Of a DNA stretch of 64,000 nucleotides, positions 62,837 to 64,000 are shown one piece after another; positions within the stretch are counted from its first letter, which is position 1, and each line of letters begins with the position of its first letter. Source of the DNA: Sarea resinae (lineage: Eukaryota); the NCBI GenBank assembly GCA_026026165.1, contig JAPEUD010000096.1, positions 1 through 64,000 of the forward strand, written 5' to 3'. Position numbers and translations under genes: made by a program. The notes under the pieces are model-generated. The model searched no databases. It had not been told where the DNA came from and saw only the letters and a list, made by a program, of their open reading frames with translations.

Positions 62837-64000
62837 ATGGCGAAAGCAGAATCTTCGACGGCGGCTGCCCGAAACGGCCTCAAAGCTAATTCTACTGGAT
62901 CCGGATCAAATTATGAATTACCATGGTCCGTGCATGCTGTGCTGGAGTAGCAATTCCGGACTGACAGATGGCGCCGAACTGATAGGGTTGAGAAGTACCG
63001 TCCAATTTTCTTGGACGACATTGTAGGAAACACGGAAACGATTGAGCGATTGAAGATCATTGCGAAGGATGGAAATATGCCTCATCTCATCATCTCGGGC
63101 ATGCCGGGAATCGGAAAGACAACCTCGATTCTATGTCTTGCGCGACAATTGCTTGGAGACGCCTACAAGGAGGCCGTCTTGGAGTTGAACGCCAGCGACG
63201 AGAGAGGTGTGCTATGCCAACTTCTTTGCACCCAAAAGGAGGTGCATGTAATCTAACCGCAAAGACGCGCAGGCATCGACGTCGTCCGCAACCGCATAAA
63301 AGGCTTCGCGCAGAAAAAAGTCACCCTCCCACAAGGACGCCAAAAAATCGTCATCCTGGACGAAGCAGACAGGTCCGAATCCCTATGACCTCTTCCTCCG
63401 GTATATCTGTGAAAAAGCTGAACGATGCCCTAAACAGCATGACATCGGGCGCGCAACAGGCGCTCCGTCGCACAATGGAAATCTACTCGTCAACTACCCG
63501 TTTCGCATTCGCATGCAATCAGTCCAACAAGATCATCGAGCCCCTCCAATCCCGCTGCGCCATCCTCCGCTACGCCCGTCTAACAGACGCCCAGGTGGTA
63601 CGTCGCATCATGCAGATCTGCGTCGCCGAGAAGATCGAACATTCCGAAGACGGCATCGCCGCGTTGGTGTTCTCGGCCGAGGGCGACATGCGCCAGGCAA
63701 TCAATAATCTACAGAGCACCTGGGCCGGCTTTGGGTTCGTGAGTGGGGACAATGTGTTCAAGGTCGTGGATAGTCCGCATCCGATCAAGGTGCAGGCAAT
63801 GGTCAAGGCGTGCTATGAGACGAAGGTGGACGAGGCGTTGGACACGCTGAAGGAATTATGGTGGGTGGCCCCTTTTCGCCCTTTCTCCCTTTTACGTCTC
63901 TTTTCGTACGAGTCGCTTTTTTGTAGATGCACTGTGCTCACTTACGCTTGGGGTCGATTGCAGGGATCTAGGATACTCCTCCCACGACATCATCAGCACC
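62837..64000 (+). CDS. RFC4: Replication factor C small subunit (yeast Rfc4/human RFC2 type), truncated by the window end
   Basis: [52 protein letters not shown] and [11 protein letters not shown]. Confidence 0.93.

Noticed and set aside
1..64000. tRNA, rRNA or CRISPR arrays
   Set aside because: No cloverleaf or T-loop consensus, rRNA similarity or repeat-spacer periodicity seen by eye. A covariance-model scan would be needed to exclude small RNAs.

Overview
Gene-dense genomic DNA of a filamentous ascomycete (Pezizomycotina; short GT-AG introns with CTRAC-type branch points). It holds 15 intron-containing or single-exon housekeeping and regulatory genes: ERG3, CBC1/STO1, GSK3, TOM40, a PFK2/FBPase-2-like gene, ELP2, CAF16, MOD5, an FAD oxidoreductase, a Gti1/Wor1/Ryp1 factor, a Tdp1-like nuclease, MTO1, VPS45, ALE1 and a partial RFC4. 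The main find is a 7,816-bp RIP-degraded DNA transposon (29935-37750) that the ORF track misses. It has 21-bp terminal inverted repeats and a perfect 9-bp target-site duplication (ATTGTCTGC). Reversing RIP mutations by eye reveals a DUF6589/Academ-like transposase (+), a RecQ-like SF2 helicase (-) and a Zn(II)2Cys6 region (-), which fits an AcademH-type element. Both ends can fold back on themselves, the left one into a T-shaped junction. The ERG3 promoter also has a motif with the geometry of the Aspergillus cyp51A TR34 element. Exon boundaries were read by eye and family assignments come from recalled motifs, not database searches.
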